This document shows positions 1 through 10,224 of a stretch of DNA of 64,000 bases, piece after piece (the first letter of the stretch is position 1; every line of letters begins with the position of its first letter). Under the pieces are notes generated by a model, which was given only the letters and a program-made list of their open reading frames with translations, was not told the DNA's origin and ran no database searches. Where the stretch lies: positions 992,001-1,056,000 of the forward strand of contig OY970218.1 of the NCBI GenBank assembly GCA_963713975.1. Reading direction: 5' to 3'. Origin of the DNA: an uncultured Chloroflexia bacterium (lineage in GTDB: Bacteria > Chloroflexota > Limnocylindria > Limnocylindrales > CSP1-4). A program made the translations under genes and the position numbers.

Positions 1-502
1 CGTTGCCCCACCGGAACTCGTAGCGGCACATGGATCCCGTTGGCAGGCTGTAATCGGCCGGATACGCGAATGTGAAGGTGAACGGATGACCCGTGATCGC
101 CGGGTCCGGCATCCCGAGCGTCATCCTTGCGTTGATGCCCGGCGTGACCTGGCCATAGAAGATCGATGTCGTGTCGGCGAAGACCTGGACGCTCACCGTC
201 TTGAGCCCGTAGCCCTCACAGCCGGGCAGGTCGAGGCTCACCACGAACCGCGAGGCGAATGGGTACGGATCGCTCGCGTGGGCTCCGCCATCGCACGAGA
301 TCACGACGGTCCGGGCGCCGCCCGGATCCGGGATCGCATAGAAGATCAGGGTCATGTCGCGCGCGTAGTTGTTCTTGTCGAAGTCGACCGTGGGGGTGGT
401 CGGCGTCTTCGCCTCGACCGGGCTCACGAGCCCGGGCGTCACCAGGAGCGTCAGGGCAAGGGCCGCGCCGACGAACGCGCGTGGAGTACGACGAGCGTGC
501 AC
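1..502 (-). CDS. Secreted hypothetical protein, truncated by window edge
   Basis: GGAGG RBS then GTG at 502; reads MHARRTPRAFVGAALALTLLVTPGLVSPVEAK (signal-peptide-like) and stays open to the edge; missing from the ORF track because no stop lies in the window. Confidence 0.7.
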   Translation of the reverse strand, partial: MHARRTPRAFVGAALALTLLVTPGLVSPVEAKTPTTPTVDFDKNNYARDMTLIFYAIPDPGGARTVVISCDGGAHASDPYPFASRFVVSLDLPGCEGYGLKTVSVQVFADTTSIFYGQVTPGINARMTLGMPDPAITGHPFTFTFAYPADYSLPTGSMCRYEFRWGN

Positions 503-656
503 GGATTCCTCCCCGGATGGCGCATCGACAACGTGGGACGGCCGCCGCCGACGGTACGCGGCACGCCGATGCACGGCAACGTGCCATTGGTCATCGACCC
601 GGATACTGCGAAGCCCGGCGCCGGGCCGGGCTCCAGGGTCGCTGCGCACGCCGGGA

Positions 657-992
657 CTAGTCGCCGATCACGCTCCAGATCAGGCCCATCATGATGAAGA
701 ACCCGCTGAACATGGCGATCAGGCCCAAGCCCCCGTACGGCGAGCTGGCGCCCTCGTGCGGGACGAGCTGCAGCCCGATCCCGAACACGATCGCCCAGGC
801 GACAAACAGGGCCGCGAACAACAGCTTGGAGTTGGGGCCCGTGACCCGGCGGGACCAGCCCGGCCGGCCGCCCTCGGCCACCATCGCGGATCGTGCGAAT
901 GTGTAGACGAACCCGCCGGCGAGCAGGGTCGCAGCCAGGAAGATGACGAGGTTGTTCGGGAAGTCCTGGAACCAGATGGTGAAGATCGTCAC
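657..992 (-). CDS. Small membrane protein (~3 TM)
   Basis: Three hydrophobic segments; probable GTG start at 992 within ORF 657..1046. Confidence 0.7.
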   Translation of the reverse strand: MTIFTIWFQDFPNNLVIFLAATLLAGGFVYTFARSAMVAEGGRPGWSRRVTGPNSKLLFAALFVAWAIVFGIGLQLVPHEGASSPYGGLGLIAMFSGFFIMMGLIWSVIGD

Positions 993-1215
993 GCGTGGCG
1001 GCCCTCGGACGGTAAGGCTTGGCATCACGACGCCGCGGCGTGCCACGGCCGGACGATGCTAGCAGAACCGGTCACCGGGGAGACAGGGGGATCCGTTCCG
1101 GGACCGGTCAGCGCGCTACGCCGATCGACAGTAACATGCTACCGCTCAATCGCACGTTACCCGATCTAGCCCGTCCACCCATCCGCCGGACCCTGCTCCC
1201 CGAACCGGATCACGC

Positions 1216-3483
1216 ATGAGCTTCGACAGTCTCGGCCGCTTCGCCGTCCGCCGCCGGTGGTGGATCGTGACCGCGTGGGCCATCCTCATCCTCGTCGCGC
1301 TGCCGCTTGCGCCCCAGGCCCCCGGGGCCCTGTCTGCCGGCGGCTTCATCCTCGACGACCTCGAGTCGGCCCGGGCGAAGCAGCTCCTGTCCGAGGAGCT
1401 GGGCCTCGAGCCGTCCGCGTTCGTGCTGGTCTACACGTCCGACACGCTCACCGCGGGAACGCCCGAGTGGCTGGCGGCGGTGCGCGCCGCAACCGTGGAT
1501 GTCGCCACGGCACCGCATGTGACCCGGGTCCTGTCGCACGTCCTCGCCCCGCGCCAGGTCTCGGCCGGCGGTCACACGGCGTACGACATCGTCTTCCTGG
1601 ACTTGCCGCCGGACGATTCGCCCGATGCCATCCCGCCGGTGGCCGCCGCCCTCCGGGACGTGCCCGGGCTCACCGTCCGCATCGGCGGCGGCCCCGCGTT
1701 CTACGGTGACGTCCAGGCCGTCACCGAGACCGACCTGCGGCGCAGCGAGCTGATCTCCCTGCCGCTTGCGGCCCTCGCCCTTGTCCTGGTGTTCGGGAGC
1801 ATGGTCGCCGCGGGGGTGCCGCTCGCGGTGGGCGGGGCGGCGGTGCTCGTGGCCCTGGCCGGGATCTTCATCGTCGCCTCGTTCGTTCCCATGAGCATCT
1901 TCGTGCTCAACCTGGCCACGCTCCTCGGGCTGGGTTTGGGCGTGGACTACTCGCTCCTGATGACCAGCCGGTTCCGCGAGGAGCTGGCCAGGCGCGAGGG
2001 GCCGGACCGGGTCGGGGAGGCCGTGCGGATCACCGTCGCCACGGCCGGCCGGGCGGTCTTCTTCTCGGCGCTCACGGTCCTGCTCGGCCTGCTTGGCCTG
2101 GTCCTGTTCGAGTTCATGATCCTGCGCTCGGTCGGCATCGCCGGGGCCATGGTCGTCGGGCTGGCCGGTGCCGCGGCGCTGACCCTCCTGCCGGCGATCC
2201 TGGCCATCATCGGGACACGGATCGACGCCCTCGGCGTCCGCAAGGTGACCGTGGAGCCGGGATCCGACGGCCCGTGGGCGCGCCTGGCCCGCCGCGTCAT
2301 GCGTCACCCGGTGGCGGTCCTCATCCCTACCCTGACGCTGCTGATCGTGCTCGGACTCCCCTTCCTCAGCGTGCGCTTCAACGCACCGGACGCGACGATC
2401 CTGCCGCAGTCGGTGCCGTCACGGGAGACGTACGACATCCTCGCGAGCGAGTTCGGCGAGGGGGAGTTCGCTCCCCTGTTCGTCGCGATCCGGACCACCG
2501 GTGACGCGACGGGCCCCGGGAACGTGGCCGCGCTCTACGACTACTCGCGCCGGCTGGCCGCCGACCCCCGCGTCACCCGCGTGGCCGGGCTGGTGGACGT
2601 GGATCCGCGGATCACCCGGGAGCAGTACCAGCTCCTCTACGGGTCCGCGGGTGGGCCGCCGGACCGGTTCGTGACCGCCTCGCTCACCTCGACCACCCGT
2701 GGCGACCTCACCGTGTTCACGATCACGACCCCGTTCGGGCCGAACAACGAGGAGGCGCGGGCACTCGTCCGCGAGCTGCGGGCATCAACGGGCCCGCTCG
2801 CCGCGCCGGCGGGTGCCTCCATCATGGTCGGCGGCGGCGCCGCCGACGTCGATGACGTCGTCTCACGCGTCTGGTCCGACTTCCCACGCACCGCGGCGTT
2901 CATCGTGGTGACCACGTTCCTGGTCCTGTTCGTCCTGCTCCGGTCCGTCGTCCTGCCGGTCAAGGCGCTGGTGATGAACACCCTGTCGATCGTCGCCAGC
3001 TTCGGCGCGCTGGTCTGGATCTTCCAGGAGGGCAACCTCTCGGCACTGCTCGGGTTCCAGCCCCTGGGCTTCGTAGAGACCACCCTGCCCGTGATCCTGT
3101 TCTGCGTCCTGTTCGGGCTGTCCATGGACTACGAGGTGTTCCTGCTGTCGCGCATGAAGGAGGCCTGGGACCGGACCGGGGACAACACCGAGGCGGTCGC
3201 CCGTGGCCTGGAGCGCAGCGGGCGGATCGTGAGCTCGGCTGCGCTGATCGTCGTGGTCGTCGCGGGCTCGTTCGCGTTCGCCGACATCGTGCTCATCAAG
3301 GCGCTGGGTCTGGGCGTCGCCATCGCCGTGACGCTGGACGCGACCATCGTCCGTGCGCTGCTCGTCCCCGCGACGATGCGCCTCCTTGGCCGCTGGAACT
3401 GGTGGGTTCCCCGGCGCCTGGATCGTGCCCTGCAGGGCGTCCTGCCGCGCACGGAGGCCGAGGTGGAGGCCAGCGTCCGATGA
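1216..3483 (+). CDS. MMPL/RND family transporter
   Basis: Two TM repeats with GLGVDYSL and FGLSMDYEVFL motifs. Confidence 0.92.
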   Translation: MSFDSLGRFAVRRRWWIVTAWAILILVALPLAPQAPGALSAGGFILDDLESARAKQLLSEELGLEPSAFVLVYTSDTLTAGTPEWLAAVRAATVDVATAPHVTRVLSHVLAPRQVSAGGHTAYDIVFLDLPPDDSPDAIPPVAAALRDVPGLTVRIGGGPAFYGDVQAVTETDLRRSELISLPLAALALVLVFGSMVAAGVPLAVGGAAVLVALAGIFIVASFVPMSIFVLNLATLLGLGLGVDYSLLMTSRFREELARREGPDRVGEAVRITVATAGRAVFFSALTVLLGLLGLVLFEFMILRSVGIAGAMVVGLAGAAALTLLPAILAIIGTRIDALGVRKVTVEPGSDGPWARLARRVMRHPVAVLIPTLTLLIVLGLPFLSVRFNAPDATILPQSVPSRETYDILASEFGEGEFAPLFVAIRTTGDATGPGNVAALYDYSRRLAADPRVTRVAGLVDVDPRITREQYQLLYGSAGGPPDRFVTASLTSTTRGDLTVFTITTPFGPNNEEARALVRELRASTGPLAAPAGASIMVGGGAADVDDVVSRVWSDFPRTAAFIVVTTFLVLFVLLRSVVLPVKALVMNTLSIVASFGALVWIFQEGNLSALLGFQPLGFVETTLPVILFCVLFGLSMDYEVFLLSRMKEAWDRTGDNTEAVARGLERSGRIVSSAALIVVVVAGSFAFADIVLIKALGLGVAIAVTLDATIVRALLVPATMRLLGRWNWWVPRRLDRALQGVLPRTEAEVEASVR

Positions 3484-4649
3484 GCCGCCACGTCCTGCTG
3501 CTGCTCGCGCTCATCGCCGTGGTCGTCGCGGCATGCGGTGGTCCCGTGCTCGCCAATCCGCCGGCCGCGCGTCCCGCCGCGATCCCGGAGGCCTCCGTGA
3601 CCCCGGCGCCGCCCGATCCCCGGCCGGTGATCCTGCCCCGCGACGACGGGCCCCACGATCGCCTGACCGAGTGGTGGTACTACACGGGGCACCTCCGGGC
3701 AGAGGATGGCAGCCGGTTCGGCTTCGAGTACGTCGTCTTCCGTGCCGAGCGAGGAAGCTTCCCGGTGACGTGGGCGTCGCACCTCGCGATCACCGACGAA
3801 ACCGGCGGCCGGTTCCACTACGCCCAGCGCGCCGAGATCGGCTCCCAGGCCGACAGGTCACCACGTGAGGACGGCGTCCCGACCGGCTTCGCGCTCGCCG
3901 TGGGTGGCCTCAACCCCCAGGAGCCCGCAACGCTATCGGGCGCGCCATGGGTCATGGCCGGGAGCGGCGGCTCGGACAAGCTGAAGGCGGCCGCGACCGG
4001 CACCGAGGTGGCGGGGGATCGGGTCTCCGGCTTCGGGCTCGAGCTGGCGCTTGCCCAGCGCAAGCCACCCGTCTTCCACGATGGCGACGGCTACGTCGAC
4101 TTCGGGCCCGCGGGCGGCTCCTACTACTACTCGCGGACGGCGATGGACGCGACGGGGACGATCGCTCTCGGCGACCGCGTGCTGGCAGTGACGGGCGACG
4201 CCTGGTTCGATCACCAGTGGGGCGACTTCATCTCGGTCGGCGCGGGCGGCTGGGACTGGTTCGCGATCAACCTGGACGACGGGACGGACGTCACCCTGTC
4301 CCTGGTTCGGGCCGCAGACGGCAGCTACCCCCTGGTCTACGGGACGCTCGTGGATGCCGACGGGGGGACGAGCCACCTGGGGCCGGGCGACTTCACGGTG
4401 GAGGTGACCGGCGACTGGACCAGCCCGGCCACGGGTGCCGTCTACCCGGCAGCCTGGACGTTGACCCTCCCCGGCGAGGACCTGGAGATCCGGCTCGAAC
4501 CCACCGTGTCCCGCCAGGAGCTGGACACGCGTGCCACGACGGGCGTCACCTACTGGGAGGGTTCCCAGCGTGTCAGCGCGTCGCGGGCAGGCCGGGCGCT
4601 TGCCGGCGAGGGCTACGTCGAGCTCACGGGGTACGCCCCCGAACGCTGA
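3480..4649 (+). CDS. AttH/CrtC-like lipocalin-fold lipoprotein
   Basis: Lipobox VAAC; EWWYYTG, SYYYS, WFDHQW, GWDWF, YWEG and GYVELTGY motifs; ATGA overlap with the MMPL gene. Confidence 0.85.
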   Translation: MSRHVLLLLALIAVVVAACGGPVLANPPAARPAAIPEASVTPAPPDPRPVILPRDDGPHDRLTEWWYYTGHLRAEDGSRFGFEYVVFRAERGSFPVTWASHLAITDETGGRFHYAQRAEIGSQADRSPREDGVPTGFALAVGGLNPQEPATLSGAPWVMAGSGGSDKLKAAATGTEVAGDRVSGFGLELALAQRKPPVFHDGDGYVDFGPAGGSYYYSRTAMDATGTIALGDRVLAVTGDAWFDHQWGDFISVGAGGWDWFAINLDDGTDVTLSLVRAADGSYPLVYGTLVDADGGTSHLGPGDFTVEVTGDWTSPATGAVYPAAWTLTLPGEDLEIRLEPTVSRQELDTRATTGVTYWEGSQRVSASRAGRALAGEGYVELTGYAPER

Positions 4650-4653
4650 AGCG

Positions 4654-5088
4654 TCAGGTGCGCCTGAGTGCCAGGCCTGCCGTCACCACGGCCACGACAA
4701 TCGAGATCGCGAAGGCCACGCACCACAGGCAAATCGCGTGGATCACGAACAGCTCCAGATACGTCAGGTAGGCGGCGAACAGCGTGGAGAGCAGCAGCAG
4801 GCCATAGGCGGCGAGCAGCGCTCGTCGGTCGGACCTGAGCCACCACAGGACGGAGCAGACGACGAGCACGAGCGACATCCCGACGCCCAGGAACGCGACC
4901 GGGATCCCGAGGATCAACGCGTACTCCGACACGGCCACGGTCTCGCAGCCCTTGCTCGGGCCGCACGCCGGTGCCTCGCCGAGGATCCGCACGACCGCCA
5001 GGTAGCCGGCGATCACGAGGCCCGCCAGCGTGGCCAGCACGAGGGGCAGTCCCAGCGGGCCACGCGGGGGGCGTTCGATGACCGCCAC
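4654..5088 (-). CDS. Vitamin K epoxide reductase (VKOR) family protein
   Basis: C-x5-C loop pair and CLWC in the TM region; next to DsbA. Confidence 0.9.
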   Translation of the reverse strand: MAVIERPPRGPLGLPLVLATLAGLVIAGYLAVVRILGEAPACGPSKGCETVAVSEYALILGIPVAFLGVGMSLVLVVCSVLWWLRSDRRALLAAYGLLLLSTLFAAYLTYLELFVIHAICLWCVAFAISIVVAVVTAGLALRRT

Positions 5089-5093
5089 CGGGA

Positions 5094-5939
5094 TCAGGGG
5101 TTGGTGCTCGGCGAGGCCGACGGCGCCCCACCGGCTTTGGCCTGCTCGGCCTCGATCAGGGCGCCCAGCTCGGCGGCGCTCTTGAGGCCCACGATCAACT
5201 CCCCGCCGTTGAGGCGGAACGTCGGCGTTGAGTTGATCCCAATGCCGAGCGCGTCAGTGGTCGATGCCGTGACATGGGCCAGCGCCGCATCGGAGTCCTG
5301 GCAGGCGCTGAACGCGCCCTCCTCGACGCCCGCGGCAACCGCGATCTGGGTCACGCGCTCACGGTTGAAGCCGCCCTGGTTCTCGCCATCCTGGTTGTTG
5401 TAGATCCAGTGGGCGTACGGCCAGTAGACACCCTGCTCGTTTGCGCAGTAGGCGCCCGTCGCCGTGAGCTTGGACTCGTCCTCGGCACCGCCGGTGCCCA
5501 GGAAGGCGATGTCGTTGTGCACGATACGCAGCACCCCGGCATTGACGTACTTGTTGACCAGCGAGGGCTCGACCTCCAGGGAGTACCGGGCGCAGACCGG
5601 GCACTGGTAGTCCTCGTAGACCTCCATGACGACGGGCGCGGACGAGGATCCGATGGTGGTGCCGTCGAGGATCGCTGCCTGGTAGGCGAAGCCGGGGTCC
5701 TTGAGCGTTCCGACGGTGGTCCTGTTGCCCAGCTGGCCGACAGCCACGATTGCGACGAGCACCACGCCGATCGCGATCGCCGCGATCGTCATGTTGCGGG
5801 CGTTGATGAACGATGAGCCGCCACCCCCGGCGTCGCTGCGCGTGCGTCGTTCGTCCCGCGCTGTCTCGAAGCGGTCGCGGCGCTCCGCGGCGCGACGGTC
5901 CCGGCGGGTGGTCGGGGTGGTGGGCTGCTTGCCGCTCAG
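5094..5939 (-). CDS. DsbA-family thioredoxin-domain protein
   Basis: EDYQCPVC active site and cis-Pro STPTF; probable CTG start at 5939 behind GGAGG (alternative ATG at 5792). Confidence 0.88.
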   Translation of the reverse strand: MSGKQPTTPTTRRDRRAAERRDRFETARDERRTRSDAGGGGSSFINARNMTIAAIAIGVVLVAIVAVGQLGNRTTVGTLKDPGFAYQAAILDGTTIGSSSAPVVMEVYEDYQCPVCARYSLEVEPSLVNKYVNAGVLRIVHNDIAFLGTGGAEDESKLTATGAYCANEQGVYWPYAHWIYNNQDGENQGGFNRERVTQIAVAAGVEEGAFSACQDSDAALAHVTASTTDALGIGINSTPTFRLNGGELIVGLKSAAELGALIEAEQAKAGGAPSASPSTNP

Positions 5940-6111
5940 GGGAGACCTCCGTGTTCATGTGGGCGCGAGATGCCCTGCATTGTCGCGCAAGAACGCCCAG
6001 GAAGCCTCGCTTGCCGGTCGATGGTGCAGGAAGGGGCGTTCGTCCCCACCAACCGGGCCGCTCGGACCGGGCGGTTCCCCGCGATTCGCCGGTGGCAGCG
6101 CAGCCGTGTAG

Positions 6112-6128
6112 ATGATACTGTGTCTCAT
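6112..6128. promoter_or_regulatory. Candidate Fur/Zur-family operator
   Basis: Inverted repeat ATGATAC-TGT-GTCTCAT (6/7 match) overlapping a -10-like GATACT, immediately before the metal ABC operon start. Confidence 0.55.
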
Positions 6129-7052
6129 ATGGAGCCCGCTGGTACCCCCATCACCGCCCCGCCGCAGCCATCCGGACCGCCGCCCGGGGGCGAGCACGTC
6201 CACGCGACCGGGTCCGAGCACCTGTTCGATCCCGCTCACGCCCACGCGCATGCGGATGTCTGGCTGAGCGATGTCACCACCGGCTACGGAGACCGGGCCG
6301 CGGTCGAGCACGTGACCGTGGCCGTCGAGCCGGGGAGCCTGCTCGCCGTCGTGGGCCCCAACGGGGCCGGCAAGAGCACGCTGCTCAAGCTGATGGCCGG
6401 GCTATTGAGGCCGTGGTCGGGGCGGATCGAGATCCTGGGAGCCCCCGCCGGCCGCGAATCGCGCCGCGTGGCCTACGTGCCGCAGGCGGAGCTCGTGGAC
6501 TGGGCGTTCCCGGTCACCGTCGAGGACGTGGTGATGATGGGCCGCTACCCGCGGCTGGGGCTGCGACGACCTGGCAAGGACGACCGGCGATCCGTGCGCG
6601 ACGCGCTGGAGCAGGTCCGCATGGATGATCACCTGCGGACGCAGATCGGACGCCTGTCGGGTGGCCAGCGCCGTCGCGTCTTCCTGGCCCGCGCGCTGGC
6701 CGCAGAGCCGGACCTGTTCCTCCTGGACGAGCCGGTCACGGGGATCGATGCCACGACCCAGGAGCTCCTGATGGACATCCTCGAGGCCCAGGCGGCGCGC
6801 GGCAAGACCGTCGTGGCCACCACCCACGACCTCGTCTGCGCCGCCCAGCGGTTCCAGCAGGTCCTGGCGATCAACCGGACGGTCGTGGCCTACGGACCGT
6901 CCAACCTCGTCCTCGACGCCGACGTCCTGGCGGCGGCCTACGGCGGGCACCTCCTGGTGCTGGAGGGCCGCACGATGGTCCTCGACGACGCGCACCACCA
7001 CGACGACGCCGCCCCCGGCGAGCGCCATTTCCACGATGCGGAGGGTGGCTGA
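6129..7052 (+). CDS. Zn/Mn ABC transporter ATP-binding protein
   Basis: GPNGAGKST, LSGGQ, LLDEP; His-rich termini. Confidence 0.92.
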   Translation: MEPAGTPITAPPQPSGPPPGGEHVHATGSEHLFDPAHAHAHADVWLSDVTTGYGDRAAVEHVTVAVEPGSLLAVVGPNGAGKSTLLKLMAGLLRPWSGRIEILGAPAGRESRRVAYVPQAELVDWAFPVTVEDVVMMGRYPRLGLRRPGKDDRRSVRDALEQVRMDDHLRTQIGRLSGGQRRRVFLARALAAEPDLFLLDEPVTGIDATTQELLMDILEAQAARGKTVVATTHDLVCAAQRFQQVLAINRTVVAYGPSNLVLDADVLAAAYGGHLLVLEGRTMVLDDAHHHDDAAPGERHFHDAEGG

Positions 7053-7921
7053 TGGACTGGCTGCTGGAGCCGCTGGCCTCGCCGATCATCGTGCGCGCCC
7101 TGATCGCGTCCGCGATCGTGGGCGTGATCTGCGCCGTCGTCGGCACCTATGTCGTGCTGCGGGGGATCGCATTCATCGGCGACGCGGTCGCCCATGCCGC
7201 CTTCCCCGGCGTCGTCGTCGCCTACATGGTCGGCTTCCCGTTCTACCTCGGCGCGGCGGTGGCGGCCGTCGGGACCGCCCTCGCGATCGGGTTCGTGACC
7301 AAGCGCTCGGGTCTGCGCCAGGACACCGCGATCGGGGTCCTGTTCGCGGGCATGTTCGCGCTGGGCATCTTCCTGTTCAGCACGATCGACGGCTATGTCG
7401 CCGACCTGTTCAGCTTCCTGCTGGGCAACGTGCTGGCCATCGGCACGGCGGACCTCGTGACGCTGGTCATCCTCGGGACCGGCGTGATCGTGACGGTGGC
7501 CGTCCTGTGGAAGGAGATGCTGTACGCGACCTTCGACCCGCTCGGGGCAGCGGCATCGGGGATCAAGGTCGGTCTCCTCGAGTACCTGTTCCTCGCCCTC
7601 GTGGCGCTGACGATCGTGGTCAGCCTCCAGGCCGTGGGCATCATCCTCGTGGTCGCGATGCTCATCACGCCTGCCGCCACCGCCCAGTTGCTGACGGTCC
7701 GGTTCCCGAGGCTCATGCTCACGGCAGCGATTGTGGGCGTGGCCAGCGCGGTCATCGGCCTCTACCTGTCGTACTGGTTCGACGTGGCCAGCGGCGCAAC
7801 GATCGTGCTCGTCCAGACAACGGCGTTCGTGGTGGCCCTGGTGCTCGGCCCACGTGGGGTTCTCGCCCGCCGGCGCTGGACCGCCGTCGGACCTGATGCC
7901 GCCCACGGGGCCGCGTCGTGA
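7052..7921 (+). CDS. Zn/Mn ABC transporter permease (ABC-3)
   Basis: GDAVAHAAFPG motif; polytopic membrane protein. Confidence 0.92.
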   Translation: MDWLLEPLASPIIVRALIASAIVGVICAVVGTYVVLRGIAFIGDAVAHAAFPGVVVAYMVGFPFYLGAAVAAVGTALAIGFVTKRSGLRQDTAIGVLFAGMFALGIFLFSTIDGYVADLFSFLLGNVLAIGTADLVTLVILGTGVIVTVAVLWKEMLYATFDPLGAAASGIKVGLLEYLFLALVALTIVVSLQAVGIILVVAMLITPAATAQLLTVRFPRLMLTAAIVGVASAVIGLYLSYWFDVASGATIVLVQTTAFVVALVLGPRGVLARRRWTAVGPDAAHGAAS

Positions 7922-8400
7922 CGCAGTCCGCTCGCGTCACAGCCGTTCGGCGCACGCCGGGCGCCGCCGGGATCCCCGCCGAGGATCGCCTGGTACAGGC
8001 CATCGAGCGAGCCGGGTGCCGCCTGACCGTCCCCCGCCGTACCGTTGCCGGGCTGGTCGCCGCACGCGCAGGGCATTTCACCGCCGCGGACCTGGTGGAC
8101 GATGCCCGGCGGCAGCACCTCGGCATCGGCCGGGCGACCGTCTTCCGCACGCTCGACCTGTTCGTGACGCACGGGCTCGTCGAGCGCGTGGACCTGCCCG
8201 ACGGCGACCACGCCTACGTCGCGTGCGAGCCCGTCCATCACCACCACGCCATCTGCACGCGCTGCGGTCGGTCGCTGGACGTGTCGGACCATGGTCTCGG
8301 CGAGGTGCTCGGCGAGATCGCGCGGAGATCCGGGTTCCACGCCACCGCGCATCGGCTCGAGATCTTCGGCCTGTGCGCCGCCTGCCAGGGGGATTCGTGA
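7918..8400 (+). CDS. Fur/Zur family transcriptional regulator
   Basis: ATVFRTL, HHHHAICTRC, C-terminal CAAC. Confidence 0.9.
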   Translation: MTQSARVTAVRRTPGAAGIPAEDRLVQAIERAGCRLTVPRRTVAGLVAARAGHFTAADLVDDARRQHLGIGRATVFRTLDLFVTHGLVERVDLPDGDHAYVACEPVHHHHAICTRCGRSLDVSDHGLGEVLGEIARRSGFHATAHRLEIFGLCAACQGDS

Positions 8401-9311
8401 TGCGTATCAGCACAGCCACCGTCACCGTACTGCTGGCGGCCGTCCTCGCGGCATGCGGCGGTTCGGGTGCCCTGACGTCGCCCAGGGCCGGCGAGACGCT
8501 CAAGGTGGTCACCACCACCACGATCATCGCAGACCTGGTGCGCCAGGTGGGCGGATCCCGGGTCAGCGTCGAGAGCCTCGTGCCCAAGGGCGGCGAGGTC
8601 CACACGTTCGATCCCTCCCCGTCCGACGTCCGCAACATGTCCGAGGCGGACGTCGTGTTCACGAACGGTCTCGGACTGGACGGCTGGCTCTCGACCCTGA
8701 TCGACGATGCGGGGGTGAAGGCGCCGGTCGTCGCCCTGGGCGAGGACCTCGACGGGGTCGCTTACCTTTCCGGCGAGGGCGACGGCGCCGTCAACCCGCA
8801 CCTGTGGCTGGACATCGCGTATGCCGCCAAATACGTGCATCGGATCGGGGCGACGCTGGCAACCGCCGATCCGGATCACGCCGCCGATTACCAGGCAGGG
8901 GCTGCCGCGTATGAGGGCGATCTCGCCCGGCTCGACGAGCATGCGCGCACCACGCTCGGCGCCATCCCGGCGGCTAACCGCAACGTGGTCTCGTTCCATG
9001 ACGCGTTCCCGTACTTCGCGGCCGCGTACGGCCTGACCATCGACGGCACGGTCGTGGATGCCCCCGGCCAGGACCCCAGCGCGGCCCAGGTCGCGAACCT
9101 CGTCACGCTCATCCGGGACAGGGGCGTCCGGGCGATCTTCGCCGAGGCCCAGTTCAACCAGGACCTGGTGAAGACGATCGCCGACGAGACCGGCGCGGTC
9201 GTGGTGTCCGACCTGTACACCGACAGCGTGGGGGACGCGCCGAAGGACACCTACGCCGGGATGATGGCCTGGAACATCGAGCGCGTGGCGGCGGCCCTCG
9301 CCGGGGACTGA
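8400..9311 (+). CDS. Zn/Mn ABC substrate-binding lipoprotein
   Basis: Lipobox LAAC; EVHTFDP, NPHLW, FHDAFPYF. Confidence 0.92.
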   Translation: MRISTATVTVLLAAVLAACGGSGALTSPRAGETLKVVTTTTIIADLVRQVGGSRVSVESLVPKGGEVHTFDPSPSDVRNMSEADVVFTNGLGLDGWLSTLIDDAGVKAPVVALGEDLDGVAYLSGEGDGAVNPHLWLDIAYAAKYVHRIGATLATADPDHAADYQAGAAAYEGDLARLDEHARTTLGAIPAANRNVVSFHDAFPYFAAAYGLTIDGTVVDAPGQDPSAAQVANLVTLIRDRGVRAIFAEAQFNQDLVKTIADETGAVVVSDLYTDSVGDAPKDTYAGMMAWNIERVAAALAGD

Positions 9312-9516
9312 CCGGCCCTCGGAGCTCCCGCCCCGCCGGTGCCGGTGGTACCGCTGGTACGGTGGCGGCAGTGACCATCGGCGACTGGGTCGCTGAAACC
9401 TTCGGCTGGTGTGCCGCCTCAAAGGGAGGCCACACCATTCCGGGAGTCGCCATGGTCATCCGCTCGCGCCCCACCACCAGCGCTCGACGCAGTCCACTGC
9501 TCGAGGGGATCCCGAC

Positions 9517-10224
9517 ATGCGCGTAGGCGCCGCAACGCTGGTCGCGCTGGGGGCCATCGCCGCGCTGGTCGCGCTCGGAGTCACGGACCAGGTGCTCCCG
9601 GCGAGCGATCCGCGGGTGGCCGACCTCAGGCCGTGGATGGCAGCGCGGGCGCTCGGCGTGACGGCCTACCTCCTGCTTGCCGTCGAAGTCGGCCTCGGCC
9701 TGATCCTGAGCCATCCTCGCAACACGGCCGAGTGGCGCAAGACCAAGCAGGTCTTCCCGTGGCACGAGATGATCACCGTCTTCACCGGCGCCTTCCTCGC
9801 ACTCCACATCGCGCTGCTCGCGATCGACCCGTTCGCGAAGGTGGGCGTCCTCGGCGCCCTCGTGCCGGGGTTCTCCGAGTACCGGCCGGCCGCGATCGCC
9901 ATCGGGACGGTGGCGCTCTACGCACTGATCTTCACGGCGGTGACGGCGAAATGGACGAAGCTGCTCCCTGCCGGGTGGTGGCTCAAGGTGCACCGGTTCG
10001 CCGCCGTCGCATTCCTGCTCGCCTGGACCCACGCCGTGCTCGCCGGAACCGATGGCGGCGCGCTCACCCCCATGTTTCTCGCGACCGGCTTGCCCATCGC
10101 GGCGGGCGTCGCACACCGCTGGTGGACCGCCCGCGTCCGTCCGCAGCGTTCCGAACGGCCGGCCACTCCGGTCCTGTCCGTCGCCCGGCCGCAGCCGGCG
10201 ACCGCCACCGTGGAGGATTCATGA
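9517..10224 (+). CDS. Ferric-reductase-like (MsrQ-type) transmembrane protein
   Basis: Multiple TM helices with His residues (WHE, ALHI, KVHR, WTH) typical of heme b ligation. Confidence 0.8.
   Translation: MRVGAATLVALGAIAALVALGVTDQVLPASDPRVADLRPWMAARALGVTAYLLLAVEVGLGLILSHPRNTAEWRKTKQVFPWHEMITVFTGAFLALHIALLAIDPFAKVGVLGALVPGFSEYRPAAIAIGTVALYALIFTAVTAKWTKLLPAGWWLKVHRFAAVAFLLAWTHAVLAGTDGGALTPMFLATGLPIAAGVAHRWWTARVRPQRSERPATPVLSVARPQPATATVEDS

Noticed and set aside
86-694. Plus-strand 202-aa ORF
   Set aside because: Antisense shadow of the minus-strand secreted protein starting at 502.
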